Assembly: GCA_963707215.1 (NCBI GenBank)
Contig: CAVPPB010000003.1
Coordinates: forward strand, 384,001 to 448,000
DNA from: an uncultured Chloroflexia bacterium
GTDB lineage: Bacteria; Chloroflexota; Limnocylindria; Limnocylindrales; CSP1-4
Direction: 5' to 3'
Length of the DNA stretch: 64,000 nucleotides
The notes beneath the pieces are model-generated. The model ran no database searches. It had not been told where the DNA came from and saw nothing but the letters and a program-made list of their open reading frames with translations. Below are positions 47,065-60,160 of the stretch, piece by piece (the stretch's first letter is position 1; the number at the start of each line of letters is the position of its first letter). The position numbers and the translations under genes were made by a program.

Positions 47065-48219
47065 ATGCCATCGTTCCGCCGTGCCGGCCTCACCGCGGCC
47101 GTCCTCGCCGTCCCGGCGGCGCTGGCGTATCGCTTCGCCGTCGTCTATCGGGCCCGCGCCGGGTTCCCTCGGCGACACCTGCCGGTCGTGACCCCGGCGG
47201 CCCTGGGGCTGCCCTTCGAGTCGCTCGAGGTCCCGGGCCCCGGTGGGCCCCTGCCCGCCTGGTTCATCCCGGCGACCGACGGGACGCCTGCCCCAGGCAT
47301 CCTGCTGCTCCACGGCTGGGAATCGGCCCGCGACCGGACGCTGCCGAACGCATCGGTCCTTCACAGCGCCGGCTTCCACGTCCTGACGGTCGATGTCCGT
47401 GGCCACGGCGAGAACCCGCCGGAGGCCCTGCCGATCTCCGGTGGCGAGTTCGCCGCCGATGCCCGAGCGGCCGTCGAGGTGCTGGCGCGACGACCAGAGG
47501 TGACCCGCATCGGGGCCGTCGGGCACTCCATGGGCGGCATCGGGGTCATCCTGGCGGCCGCCGACGATCCGAGGATCGAGGCGGTCGTCGTCGTGGCCGC
47601 CCCGGCCGACCCGGTCCGACTCACCCGTCAGACGTTCCGGCTGGCCCGGCTGCCGCTTCCCGACCCCATCGCCTACCCGCTGGCCTGGCTGACCGCCCGG
47701 GTCTACGTCCGCCCTCGTCGCCACGGCGTGGATCGCATCTCCGCGGCCCGGGCCATCGCCCGCTACCGGGGTCCCCTCCTGCTGGTCCATGGCACCGACG
47801 ACTGGATCGTGCCGCTCTCGCACCACCACCGGCTCGCTCGCGCGGCTCGCACCGGCCGACGGACGGACGACGATGCGCCTCCGGTCCGGACCCTGGTGAT
47901 CCCCGGCGGCGAACACTCCTGGCAGTACGAGAGCGAGGTCTACCGGAAGACCATCGCCTGGTTCCTCGCAGACGCGCTCGACGGACCGCTGTCGCCCGGC
48001 GAGGCGGCCGAACGGGCGGGAGCCGTGCCGGCCGAACGGATCCCCGACCACGAGCGGCCGTTTGCCGGGCTCGACCACCCGAGCCCGAGACGCCGGGCAC
48101 TGATCGAGATCCTCGGGGCACCGGTCCGGCTCCCGGGCACCGAACCCGTGCCGGCCCCAGCGCCCGACCACTGGCTGGCGCCGGGCGAACCCCCGCGAGG
48201 AGGACCATGGACACCCTGA
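47065..48219 (+). CDS. Alpha/beta hydrolase with an N-terminal anchor
   Basis: LHGW, DVRGHGE, GHSMGG, LVHGTDD. Confidence 0.9.
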   Translation: MPSFRRAGLTAAVLAVPAALAYRFAVVYRARAGFPRRHLPVVTPAALGLPFESLEVPGPGGPLPAWFIPATDGTPAPGILLLHGWESARDRTLPNASVLHSAGFHVLTVDVRGHGENPPEALPISGGEFAADARAAVEVLARRPEVTRIGAVGHSMGGIGVILAAADDPRIEAVVVVAAPADPVRLTRQTFRLARLPLPDPIAYPLAWLTARVYVRPRRHGVDRISAARAIARYRGPLLLVHGTDDWIVPLSHHHRLARAARTGRRTDDDAPPVRTLVIPGGEHSWQYESEVYRKTIAWFLADALDGPLSPGEAAERAGAVPAERIPDHERPFAGLDHPSPRRRALIEILGAPVRLPGTEPVPAPAPDHWLAPGEPPRGGPWTP

Positions 48220-48728
48220 ACGCCATCGCGACGAAGCGCGTCGTGCGCGCCTATGCCGATCGACCGATCGAGCCCGATCACCTGCGGACCATCCTGGATG
48301 CCGGTCGACGGGCGGGCTCGTCGAAGAACCAGCAGCGCTGGGACTTCGTGGTGGTCCGGGATCGCGATCGCCTGGCCCGCCTCTCACGGGTGGGCCCGTA
48401 CGCCGGGCATCTCGCCGGCGCTGCGGCTGCTGTCGGCCTGGTGACCCCTGACCCGAACGGGCCGGGACACCCGCTCTCGGTCGTCTGGGATGTCGGCGGC
48501 GCGGCAGCGCAGATGATGCTGGCAGCCTGGGATCTCGGGGTCGGAAGCTGTCCGGTAACCGTCTACGAGCAGGCCCTCGCTCGATCGATCCTCGGTTACC
48601 CGGACGACCGCTGGTGCGAGTACGTCATCGCCCTCGGCTACCCGGCGGACCCTGCGACGCTGAGCGCTCCGAACCGACCTGGCGGTCGGCGCCCTCTCGA
48701 CGAGATCCTCCACCAGGAGACCTGGTAG
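48207..48728 (+). CDS. Nitroreductase family protein
   Basis: KRVVRAY, AGSSKNQQRWDFVVV, LAAWDLGVGSC, LGYP. Confidence 0.92.
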   Translation: MDTLNAIATKRVVRAYADRPIEPDHLRTILDAGRRAGSSKNQQRWDFVVVRDRDRLARLSRVGPYAGHLAGAAAAVGLVTPDPNGPGHPLSVVWDVGGAAAQMMLAAWDLGVGSCPVTVYEQALARSILGYPDDRWCEYVIALGYPADPATLSAPNRPGGRRPLDEILHQETW

Positions 48729-48846
48729 CGGGGCTCCCTGCCGCGGACCCCGCGCGCTCACGGCGCAGGTCGGTCCCGTCCGGTAGCGCTGTCCGGCTCG
48801 TCGTCGTCGAGCGCGCCCTGAGCCGCGCAGGTCATCGCTGCCGTGC

Positions 48847-49287
48847 TCAGAGCCGACGGCGAAGGTATGTCGTGAGCGTGCTGTCGTAGCCCCGGGACTC
48901 GAACAGCGCACGGGCCTCGGGACGATGGTGGCCGGCCGTCACCTCGACGAAGGCGGCTCCGACCTCCGCTCCCAGCCGCTCGGCTTCGGCCATGAGCCGG
49001 TTGCCGATGCCACGGTCACGAGCGCCCGGGTCGACGACCATCGCCAGGATCCTGACGACCCGGTCGTCGTGCTCGAACCGGGGCATGACGTGGAGGGCGA
49101 TGAAGCCGATGACCTCGCCCTCGAGATCGGCCACGACGACCACCGACGGGTCGCCGGTGAACCGTTCCAGCCGGGCCACGATGTCGGTCGAACCGGTCGG
49201 GTAGCCCTCTTCGGTCAGGAGGACCGCGATACGGTCGGCATCGGCGACCGTAGCCGGCCGAAGGACCAAAGATCCGCTGTCGTTCAT
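48847..49287 (-). CDS. GNAT family N-acetyltransferase
   Basis: VVDPGARDRGIGNRLM...FESRGY. Confidence 0.88.
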   Translation of the reverse strand: MNDSGSLVLRPATVADADRIAVLLTEEGYPTGSTDIVARLERFTGDPSVVVVADLEGEVIGFIALHVMPRFEHDDRVVRILAMVVDPGARDRGIGNRLMAEAERLGAEVGAAFVEVTAGHHRPEARALFESRGYDSTLTTYLRRRL

Positions 49288-49931
49288 GTCGGGATGGTAG
49301 CGCCATGTCCGCCGGGCGCATCGCCGCCGGGGAGACCGAGCAGGAACGGGCCCCAGCGCCCGGCAGCACGGAGCAGCACGGTCGGCCCTAGGGCGGTCGG
49401 CCGCTCGGTCGGAGCCGCCCCGGAGGCACCTCCATGGTCGGCGGGCCCGGAGGACGCGCGCCCGGCGCCTGCCACCAGGTCGATCCAGGCCGCGAACGGC
49501 GCCTCCCCGCGGCGAGCCAGGACCGCGGCCAGTCGACCCTCGGTCGTCGGCTCCAGCACCACAAGGCGCATGCCCGACGGAGCGTCGACGACGACGCCGC
49601 GGCCACCGACCCACGGGTCGAGGGCCATCACCTCCTCCGGCTGCCCTCCGGCGACGCCGGAGCGCAGCTCGGACACGAGCCGCTCGACGTCGACCGTCGC
49701 GATGCCGATGGCCCGGAGGCCGTTGACGAAGCCGACGGGCGATGCCGCCGGCGGGTCGGTCCCGCCCGCGAGCTCGAGGCGTTCCTCCGGCCCGCGAACG
49801 ATCGCCAGGCAAGCGCCCCGGACCTGGACGGAGGGGGCGTCGGGAGGGACGATCGTGGCGCCGGTAGCCTCAAGGACAGCGACGACCTGTTCCGGGTCCA
49901 TCGTCTCCCAGGTCGCGACGGCGCCGATCAC
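49284..49931 (-). CDS. Hypothetical protein with a VOC-like fold
   Basis: IGIATVDVER...VVLEPTTEGRLAAVLARRGE. Confidence 0.55.
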   Translation of the reverse strand: MIGAVATWETMDPEQVVAVLEATGATIVPPDAPSVQVRGACLAIVRGPEERLELAGGTDPPAASPVGFVNGLRAIGIATVDVERLVSELRSGVAGGQPEEVMALDPWVGGRGVVVDAPSGMRLVVLEPTTEGRLAAVLARRGEAPFAAWIDLVAGAGRASSGPADHGGASGAAPTERPTALGPTVLLRAAGRWGPFLLGLPGGDAPGGHGATIPT

Positions 49932-50788
49932 GAGTCGACCAGGAGCCAGTGGCCCACGGGGTCGCCGACGAGCTCGAAGCCGAGCCGCTCGTACAGCGCG
50001 ACGGCCCGGTGGTTGCCCGGCTCGACCCCGAGGTAGGCGGTCCGCGCACCCGAGGCAACGCCATCGGCCGCGGCGACCCGGGTCACGAAGCTGCCGAGCC
50101 CGCGACCGCGCCAGCCGAGCGCCGTCGCGATCGACGACAGGTAGGTCAGTCCGTCGAAGGTCACCCGCTTGGCCACGGCGACCGGCGTCGGTCCGGCGCG
50201 TGCCACGACGAGGTGGACGTCCGGCTCGGGGAGTGACGCCCGAAGGTCCGCGGCGACCCGGGGCCGGACCTCGCGATCGACCTCGAAGCCGGCCACGAGA
50301 AGCTCCGCGATCTCCTCGGAGAGACGGGCGAGCGTGTCGGCGTCCGCGTCATCCCAGCGCTCGAGGAGGACCCCGGCGGGGACATCGTCGTGCCCGGGAC
50401 CGGCGATCGGGCCGGTCGCCGCCATGAGTCGACCACGGCCACGGTCACGGAATCCATGGCCCGCCAGGCGAGCAGCGATATCCGGAGGCTCCGCGTGGGC
50501 TGGCGCCACGACCAAGTGCGGCTGCCGGTCGAGAGCGACGAACAGCGCCATCAGCTCGGCGAGACGCCCTTCGAACGTATCCCGGCCGGCCGGCAGGCGG
50601 AGGGCGGCCACACGGTTCCAGAACGGGTCACGGTCCGCCGGGTCGTGCAGGAGGACGGCGTCACCCAGGTCGCGGACCTCGCGGCCGCCCAGGGCGAGGG
50701 CCGTCGCCTCGTGGACCTCGATCGCGCGCATGAGACCCGGGTCGATGGTCCGCCCCGGACGAACGGGCCATGCGCCGTCGCGTTGCAT
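49928..50788 (-). CDS. GNAT family N-acetyltransferase
   Basis: WRGRGLG...N.RAVALYERLGF. Confidence 0.85.
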   Translation of the reverse strand: MQRDGAWPVRPGRTIDPGLMRAIEVHEATALALGGREVRDLGDAVLLHDPADRDPFWNRVAALRLPAGRDTFEGRLAELMALFVALDRQPHLVVAPAHAEPPDIAARLAGHGFRDRGRGRLMAATGPIAGPGHDDVPAGVLLERWDDADADTLARLSEEIAELLVAGFEVDREVRPRVAADLRASLPEPDVHLVVARAGPTPVAVAKRVTFDGLTYLSSIATALGWRGRGLGSFVTRVAAADGVASGARTAYLGVEPGNHRAVALYERLGFELVGDPVGHWLLVDS

Positions 50789-50921
50789 CGCGCCACGATA
50801 GCCCGGCGCCCCGGCCACGGCAGAGAACCCCCGCGCCCTCGTCGTCGTATCGTGGGTACGGGTCGGCTGCGCCCGGGCCCGGCTCGCGGCATCGGGGCCC
50901 GCCCGACCAGGAGGAACGTCC

Positions 50922-51350
50922 ATGAGCATGCTCCGCGTCCCAGGCCTACTTCTGGTGGCCGCCCTGGTGGTCGCCGCGTGCGGCTCCGATCCGACGCCCT
51001 CGACGTCGTCCGGACCGGCCGCCTCGGCCGCGGCATCGGAGGGGGCCTCGGCGGCTCCGTCGGCTGCAGCCGGTGCGTGCGAGGTCGTCGAGGCTGTCGA
51101 CGGCACGCCCGTCCGCATCGCCGGGTTCGCCTTCGAGCCGGCCAGCGTCACGGTGAAGGTCGGCGGGGCGGTCACCTGGACCAACGAAGACACGGCAGGT
51201 CACACCGCCACGCTCGACGGCGGCTCCTGCGGGACGGGCACCCTCCAGAAGGGCGAGTCGGGCAGCATCCGCTTCGACGCCCCCGGTGAGTACCCGTATC
51301 TCTGCTCGATCCACCCCCGGATGACCGGCACGGTGGTCGTCGAGCCCTGA
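50922..51350 (+). CDS. Cupredoxin (plastocyanin/azurin family) lipoprotein
   Basis: Lipobox VAAC; FAFEP, N.D..GHT, YLCSIHPRMTG type-1 copper ligands. Confidence 0.92.
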   Translation: MSMLRVPGLLLVAALVVAACGSDPTPSTSSGPAASAAASEGASAAPSAAAGACEVVEAVDGTPVRIAGFAFEPASVTVKVGGAVTWTNEDTAGHTATLDGGSCGTGTLQKGESGSIRFDAPGEYPYLCSIHPRMTGTVVVEP

Positions 51351-51379
51351 GCCCCGGCCTCGTCCCGCCGGACGGCCGT

Positions 51380-52396
51380 TCAGGCGTCCCGGCGCACCAT
51401 CAGCAGCGTCGCACCGGACGGCAGGTCCAGCACGTCGGGCGCGGGGATCCCGGCATCGACGAACATCGCCTGGAGCTCCTCGATCGTCCGGAGCCGTGAG
51501 CCCTGGAAGAGCTCATCGAGCTGGATCCCGGACACCAGGCGCCCGTGGAGGGTCCGGTGCTCGTCAAGGTCGGACGGGGCGCACCAGTCGAGCACCAGCA
51601 ACCGGCCGCCCGGCGCGAGCGACGTCCAGCCGGCACGGAGCGCGCCGATCGCATCGTCGAGCTCGTGCAGGGCGTACTGGAAGTAGGCCAGGTCGAACGA
51701 CCCGACACTGCGATCGATCGCCGCGACATCGGCCTGCTCGATCCGGATCCGCTCACCCAGGCCGGCCTCCGCGACGCTGTGACGGGCTCGCTCGACGGAA
51801 TCGGCCTCGGATTCCACGCCCAGCCCGTGGATCCCGGGGAAGCGTCGAGCGACGGCGATGAGCCAGCGCCCGCCGCCGCAATGGATGTCGACGACGCGGG
51901 CACCGGCCGACAGCTCGGCCACCAGCTCCGGCAGCAGGCCGAGGGCCTCCTGGAAGAAGACGGCGATATCGAGGCGGGTGAGCCGTTCGATGGACGCCCG
52001 GTAGCGGTCCGGCCGGTCGCTCACGGCCACGCCGGTCCGGAAGACCTCCGTCATCCGGTCATGGTCCAGGCTGGCGACCACGGCGTGGAAGAGCTGGCCG
52101 CCGAGGTAGTCGGGATGATCCTCGTCGAGGAGGATCCGGGCGGTCGCCGCGTCGAGGCGCGTACGTTCGCCGTCGAAGGTCGCCACACCGTGGGCGTCGG
52201 CGGCGATCGTCCAGGCCCTGATGGCGTCGCGCGTGCAGGAGGCCGCGTCGGCGAGGTCGTCCGGGGTGATGCCCTGCGGCCCGGCGGTCCGGATCCGCTC
52301 GAGCAGACCGAGTTCGAGGCCGAGGTAGACGATCCAGGTCCGGTGGAACCCGGCCAGGGTCTCGAGCATCTCGTCGAAGCGTTCGTCGATGGCCAT
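51380..52396 (-). CDS. Class I SAM-dependent methyltransferase with an N-terminal winged helix
   Basis: VVDIHCGGG, FDLAYFQYALHE, LAPGGRLLV. Confidence 0.85.
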   Translation of the reverse strand: MAIDERFDEMLETLAGFHRTWIVYLGLELGLLERIRTAGPQGITPDDLADAASCTRDAIRAWTIAADAHGVATFDGERTRLDAATARILLDEDHPDYLGGQLFHAVVASLDHDRMTEVFRTGVAVSDRPDRYRASIERLTRLDIAVFFQEALGLLPELVAELSAGARVVDIHCGGGRWLIAVARRFPGIHGLGVESEADSVERARHSVAEAGLGERIRIEQADVAAIDRSVGSFDLAYFQYALHELDDAIGALRAGWTSLAPGGRLLVLDWCAPSDLDEHRTLHGRLVSGIQLDELFQGSRLRTIEELQAMFVDAGIPAPDVLDLPSGATLLMVRRDA

Positions 52397-52553
52397 CGGC
52401 GGCATCCTCGCACACCGGCCGGAGGCGCTGCCGGACCGGCGCGCCGTGCGACGGTCCGCCCGTGCCCGGCGAATCCGGTCCGGGGGCCTCGACGGCGAGC
52501 CGATCGCCACCGACCGTGCAACCATCCGCTCGGTGACCGTGTTCAGACGATCG

Positions 52554-53135
52554 ATGGATGACACCGACCTCGCCGGCCGCCTGGCGGCCGATCCGGACAG
52601 CGCGTTCTCCGACCTGGTGGCCGGGCACCAGGACCGGCTCTATTCGATCGCCCTGCGACTCCTGGGCGATCCGGCCGATGCCGAGGAGGTCGCCCAGGAC
52701 GCCCTGGTCCGGGCCTACCGGGCGATCGCCGGCTACCCGGCCGAGCGCACTCGCGCACTGCGGCTCCGGCCCTGGCTGGCGGCGATCGCCGTCAACCAGG
52801 CTCGCAACCGGCGGCGCCGAAGTGACGAGCGACGTCCACCGATGCGGCTGGTGGTCGACGACGGCGAGGTCGTCGGGCGACGGGAGCGCGAGCCGTCCGC
52901 CGAGGCCGCGGCCATCGACCGAGCCGAGCGCGAGCGATGGGGCGCGCTGCTCGCGACCCTTCCCGATCGCTATCGGATCCCGCTCGTCCTGCGCTACGTG
53001 GACGACCTCACCTTCGCGGAGATGGCGGAGGCGCTCGACCGACCCGAGGGCACCCTGAAGGCCCAGGTCCATCGCGGCCTGGGCCGACTTCGCGATGCCT
53101 GGCTGGCCCAGGAGCGCCGAGAGGAGACGGCATGA
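52554..53135 (+). CDS. ECF sigma-70 family sigma factor
   Basis: DAEEVAQDALVRAY, PWLAAIAVN, LVLRYVDDLTFAEMA..L..PEGTLKAQVHRG. Confidence 0.92.
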   Translation: MDDTDLAGRLAADPDSAFSDLVAGHQDRLYSIALRLLGDPADAEEVAQDALVRAYRAIAGYPAERTRALRLRPWLAAIAVNQARNRRRRSDERRPPMRLVVDDGEVVGRREREPSAEAAAIDRAERERWGALLATLPDRYRIPLVLRYVDDLTFAEMAEALDRPEGTLKAQVHRGLGRLRDAWLAQERREETA

Positions 53136-53960
53136 ACCGGACAGCGCGGTCCGCCCGGGCGGACCAGGATCAGGCCACCGGGCTGGCGGCGGTCGAAGAG
53201 ACCCTCCGCCACCTCCGGACCGATGCCCCGGCAAACCTCCTTCCACGGACCCTCGTGGAGGTCGGCCTGGCCGATGCGCACGACATCGTCGAGTCGCCGG
53301 CAGGCCCGGTCGTCGTGGCCTGGAACGGTCGGGGAGTCGCCATGGTGGACCTCCTGGGCGATGCCGAGACGTTCGAGCTCCACCACGCGGAGGTGACCGG
53401 ACGGCCGCTCGGGGCCGGGGCCCGACTCCCGGAACGCTGGCGCCGAGCGGTCGAGCGAAGGCTGGGCGGCGATCGTCGGGCGCGAGTGCCCCTCGATCTC
53501 CGGGGCCACACCGACTTCGAGCGGTCGGTCTGGGAGAAGGCCATGGAGATCCCGGTCGGCGAGGTCCGCCCGTACGGCTGGATCGCCGCCGAGATCGGTC
53601 GTCCTCGAAGCGGTACGGGCGGTCGGATCGGCGCTGGGGCACAACCCGGTCCCCCTGCTCGTTCCCTGCCACCGGGTCATCCGCAGCGACGGCACCATCG
53701 GCGAGTACTCGCTGGGCGGTCCACCCGTCAAGCGGCGACTCCTCTCGGCCGAGGGCGTCGACCTGGTCGAGCTCGCGGCCCTCGCCCACCGCGGCATCCG
53801 CTTCGTCGGCTCCGACACCACCCGGATCCTCTGCCTGCCGACCTGTCGCCACGCCCGCCGCATCTCGGCGGCCCATCGCGTCCCGTTCCGGACGATGCAC
53901 GATGGCACGGCAGCCGGCTACCGGGCCTGCCGCGACTGCCGACCGTCCGCCGCCGCCTGA
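53132..53960 (+). CDS. Methylated-DNA-protein-cysteine methyltransferase with a C-terminal Ada Zn-binding domain; frameshift near 53605
   Basis: IPVGEVRPYGWIA, NPVPLLVPCHRVI, then CLPTCRH...GYRACRDCRP. Confidence 0.88.
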
Positions 53961-54033
53961 CCCGGGCCAGGGGCGTGTCCGTGAGCGCGTCTCCGGTCGG
54001 GGCGCTACACTCCGCACCTTGGACCAGACTACT

Positions 54034-56675
<2,642 letters not shown>

Positions 56676-56751
56676 TGGCTCGGCTCGGGGCGGAGCCCGG
56701 GACGGCGCCCGGGACGGCCGGCGGGCACGGATGACCGGGTCGCGGTAGGAC

Positions 56752-57495
56752 GTGCCGGCCGAGGTCGATCTCTACGCACCGGTCAAGGCCCTCCTCGAGG
56801 GTCAGGGCTACGACGTCAAAGGCGAGGTGCTGCGCTGTGACGTGGTGGGCGTCCGCGGTGACGAGCCACCCGTGGTCGTCGAGCTGAAGCGTCGCTTCAG
56901 CCTCGACCTGGTCCTCCAGGGCATCGATCGCCTGGCCCTGACGGACCGGGTCTACCTGGCCGTGGGCGACCGGCCGAGGCGGATCAGGGAGGTCCGCAGC
57001 CTCTGCCGCCGGCTCGGGCTGGGGCTGCTGGTGGTCGATCGCGATCGGGTCGAGGTCCTGCTCGACCCGCTGCCCTATCGGCCGCGCGGGAGCGCCAGGC
57101 GTCGGGCGCTCCTGCTGGGCGAGCACGCCCGCCGCATCGGCGACCCGAATCGGGGCGGGTCCACGCGCGTGAAGATCGTCACCGCGTATCGGCAGGAGGC
57201 ACTCCGCTGCGCCGCCCTGCTCCAGGAGAACGGGCCGATGACGGTCGGCGCGCTGCGTGCCCAGGGCGAGGCGCCGAACGCGGGGCGGATCCTCCAGCAG
57301 AACGTCTACGGCTGGTTCCAGCGGGTCGCCCGGGGCACCTATGCCCTGACGCCGGCAGGCAGCCTGGGCCTGGCGCGTTTCGGTGCGGGGTCGGCTCCGG
57401 CCGTCAGCCCGGCCGATCGAACCCCTGGGCCGGCCACGGCTCGCAGCGCAACGGCCGGTCCTCGCGGTAGCCGAGGGCGTAGTCGGCCTGGATGA
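56752..57495 (+). CDS. DUF2161 family putative PD-(D/E)XK protein
   Basis: E.DLY.PVK..LE.QGY.VKGEV..CD...VELK, GDPNRGG, TAYRQEAL, NVYGWF. Confidence 0.88.
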   Translation: MPAEVDLYAPVKALLEGQGYDVKGEVLRCDVVGVRGDEPPVVVELKRRFSLDLVLQGIDRLALTDRVYLAVGDRPRRIREVRSLCRRLGLGLLVVDRDRVEVLLDPLPYRPRGSARRRALLLGEHARRIGDPNRGGSTRVKIVTAYRQEALRCAALLQENGPMTVGALRAQGEAPNAGRILQQNVYGWFQRVARGTYALTPAGSLGLARFGAGSAPAVSPADRTPGPATARSATAGPRGSRGRSRPG

Positions 57496-58616
57496 GCGTG
57501 TGGAGCTGGCTGGTGCCCTCGTAGATGACGGCGGCCTTGCTGTTGCGCAGGTAGCGCTCTACCGGGAACTCGTTGCTGTAGCCGTTGGCGCCGTGGATCT
57601 GGATCGCGTCGAGGGCGGCTTGGACCGAGTGGTCGGTCGCCCACCACTTCGCCGACGAGGTCTCGCGCGTGTTGCGGAGGCCCTGGTTCTTGAGCCACCC
57701 GGCTCGCCAGCACCAGCGAGCCGCCCGATCTCCGTCCCCCTGGCCATGGTGGCGATCATCTGCTTGACCAGCTGATGCCGGCCGATCTCCTCGCCGAAGG
57801 TCTGGCGCTCGTGGGCGTACTTGAGCGGAGGCGTCGAGGCAGGCCTGGGCCAGCCCCACCGCACCGGCCGCCACGGTGTAGCGGCCCTGGTCGATGGCGC
57901 TCATGGCGATGAGGAAGCCCTCGCCCTCCTCGCCGATCCGGTTCTGGACGGGCACGCGGACTCCGTCGAAGTTGATGCAGGCCGGTGTTGCCGGCGCGGA
58001 TCCCGAGCTTGCCGTGGAGCGTGCCGGTGGTCAGTCCCTCCATCCCCCGCTCGACGACGAAGGCGGTGATGCCCCGGTGCTTCTTCGTCCGGTCGACGGT
58101 GGCGAAGACCAGGAAGTGGTCTGCGAGATCGGCCAGGCTGATCCAGATCTTCTGGCCATTGAGCACGTAGCTGTCGCCGTCGCGGCGGGCGGTCGTCTGG
58201 AGGTTGGCGGCGTCCGTGCCCGACGCCCGGCTCGGTCAGCCCGAAGGTCGCCAGCTTCTCGCCCCTCGCCTGCGGCACGAGCCAGCGCTGGCGCTGCTCC
58301 TCGGTCCCCCACTGGAGGAGGGTCAGGGAGTTGAGCCCGACGTGGACGCTCTGGACGACCCGGAAGGCCGTGTCGGCTCGCTCGAGCTCCTCGCACAGGA
58401 TGGCGAAGCTGATGTAGTCCATGCCCGCGCCGCCGTAGCGCCTCGGGGATCGGGGCGCCGAGGAAACCCAGCTCGCCCATCTTCTCGAAGATCTCGCGGT
58501 GGACCTCGCCCTTCTCGTCCCAGCTCGCGGATGTGGGGCAGGATCTCCGCTTCCACGAACGCGCGGGCCGCGTCGCGGACCAGCTTGTTCTCGTCGGTCA
58601 GGCTGAAGTCGATCAC
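57404..58616 (-). CDS. Acyl-CoA dehydrogenase, several frameshifts
   Basis: Fragments MIDFSLT, FGLTEPG, NGQKIWIS, GKLGIR, IYEGTSQ across frames. Confidence 0.9.
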
Positions 58617-58801
58617 GGGTAGCTCCGGTTGCGGGTCGGTTCGCGAGAGGGGACGCTCCTATCGTAGGCCGCCGCCGCCGGGGACGTTCCGCGGGGTCGG
58701 CGCCGATCGGGGGCGCCGGCCGGCGGCGGCCTCGGTGCCGGGTGACGGCGGTATCCTCGGGGCGGCGTCACCGGACGGCGACGCACCCGCACGAGGTTCC
58801 G

Positions 58802-60160
58802 ATGGACACGTCGCCGATGCCGCCCACCCATACGCCAGCCGGGTCCGACGCGACCGGGCACGACCTGGCCCCGATGGCAGGCAACCTGACGCCCGTGCTG
58901 GGCCGCTACTTCGAGCGGTCATGGAGCCACGGCGAGGGACATCGCCTGTACGACACCTCGGGGCGCGCGTACCTCGACTTCGCCAACGGCATCGCGGTGA
59001 GCGTCCTGGGCCACGGCAACCCGCGAGTCGTCGCCGCGGTCCATGCCCAGGTGGACCGGTTGATGGGGCCGATGGGCGCCATGGGCTACGCCGAGCCGAC
59101 GGTCCGCCTGGCGCAGGAGCTGGCCGCCGAGCTGCCCGACCCGATCGACTCGGTCTTCTTCCTCAACTCCGGCAGCGAGGCCATCGAAGCGGCGCTCAAG
59201 CTGGCTCGCAGGGTCACCGGGCGGCCGGGCATCGTCGCCTTCCGGGGCGGCTTCCACGGGCGGACGCTGGGAGCGACGAGCATCACCAGCTCCAACCCCA
59301 ACTACCGGCGCGGCTACGAGCCGCTCCTGCCCGTCGTCCACCTCACCCAGTACCCGCGGGTGTATCGGGATTTCGGCGGCGACGAGGAACGCGCCGTGGA
59401 GATCGCCTTCCGCCACCTGCGCGAGCTCTTCCACTCGACGATCTCGCCCGAGGAGGTGGCCGCCATCGTCGTGGAGCCGGTCCAGGGAGAGGGCGGCTAC
59501 GTTCCTGCCCCGCCCGAGTTCCTCCGCATCCTGCGCCGGGTGTGCGACCGGCACGGGATCCTCCTGGTCATGGACGAGGTCCAGACCGGCTTCGGGCGGA
59601 CCGGCCGGATGTGGGGCTTCGAGCATGCCGGGATCGTCCCCGACATCGTGACCATGGCCAAGGCCATCGCCAACGGCCTGCCGCTCTCGGCCATGGCCAG
59701 CTCGCGTGCCCTGCAGGAGCGCTGGGGACGCGGCGCCCACGGCTCGACGTACGGCGGCAACCCGGTCGCTTGCGCGGCCGGGCTCGCCGTCCTTGCCGAG
59801 ATCCGCGAGCGCGATCTGGTGGCCAACGCCGCCGCCCGGGGAGCAGAGCTGACCGCCGGTCTCCGTGACCTCGCCTCGGCCGACCCGCGACTCGGCGACG
59901 TGCGCGGGCCCGGCCTGATGGTCGGCGTGGAGCTCGTCCGCGACCCCGCGAGCCGCGAGCCCGACGGGACGACCTGCGAGGCGGTCCTCCAGCGCTGCGC
60001 CGACGAGGGCCTGCTGCTGCTCTCCTGCGGCACCGAGCACAACGTCGTCCGCTGGATCGCCCCGCTCGACGTGACGAGCGAGGAGGTCGGCGAGGCGCTG
60101 GCGATCTTCCGGGGCGCCCTGGCGGCGACGCCCCGCGAGCTCGGCTTGGCCGGGAGCTAG
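58802..60160 (+). CDS. Class III aminotransferase (4-aminobutyrate aminotransferase-like)
   Basis: [40 protein letters not shown]. Confidence 0.9.
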   Translation: MDTSPMPPTHTPAGSDATGHDLAPMAGNLTPVLGRYFERSWSHGEGHRLYDTSGRAYLDFANGIAVSVLGHGNPRVVAAVHAQVDRLMGPMGAMGYAEPTVRLAQELAAELPDPIDSVFFLNSGSEAIEAALKLARRVTGRPGIVAFRGGFHGRTLGATSITSSNPNYRRGYEPLLPVVHLTQYPRVYRDFGGDEERAVEIAFRHLRELFHSTISPEEVAAIVVEPVQGEGGYVPAPPEFLRILRRVCDRHGILLVMDEVQTGFGRTGRMWGFEHAGIVPDIVTMAKAIANGLPLSAMASSRALQERWGRGAHGSTYGGNPVACAAGLAVLAEIRERDLVANAAARGAELTAGLRDLASADPRLGDVRGPGLMVGVELVRDPASREPDGTTCEAVLQRCADEGLLLLSCGTEHNVVRWIAPLDVTSEEVGEALAIFRGALAATPRELGLAGS

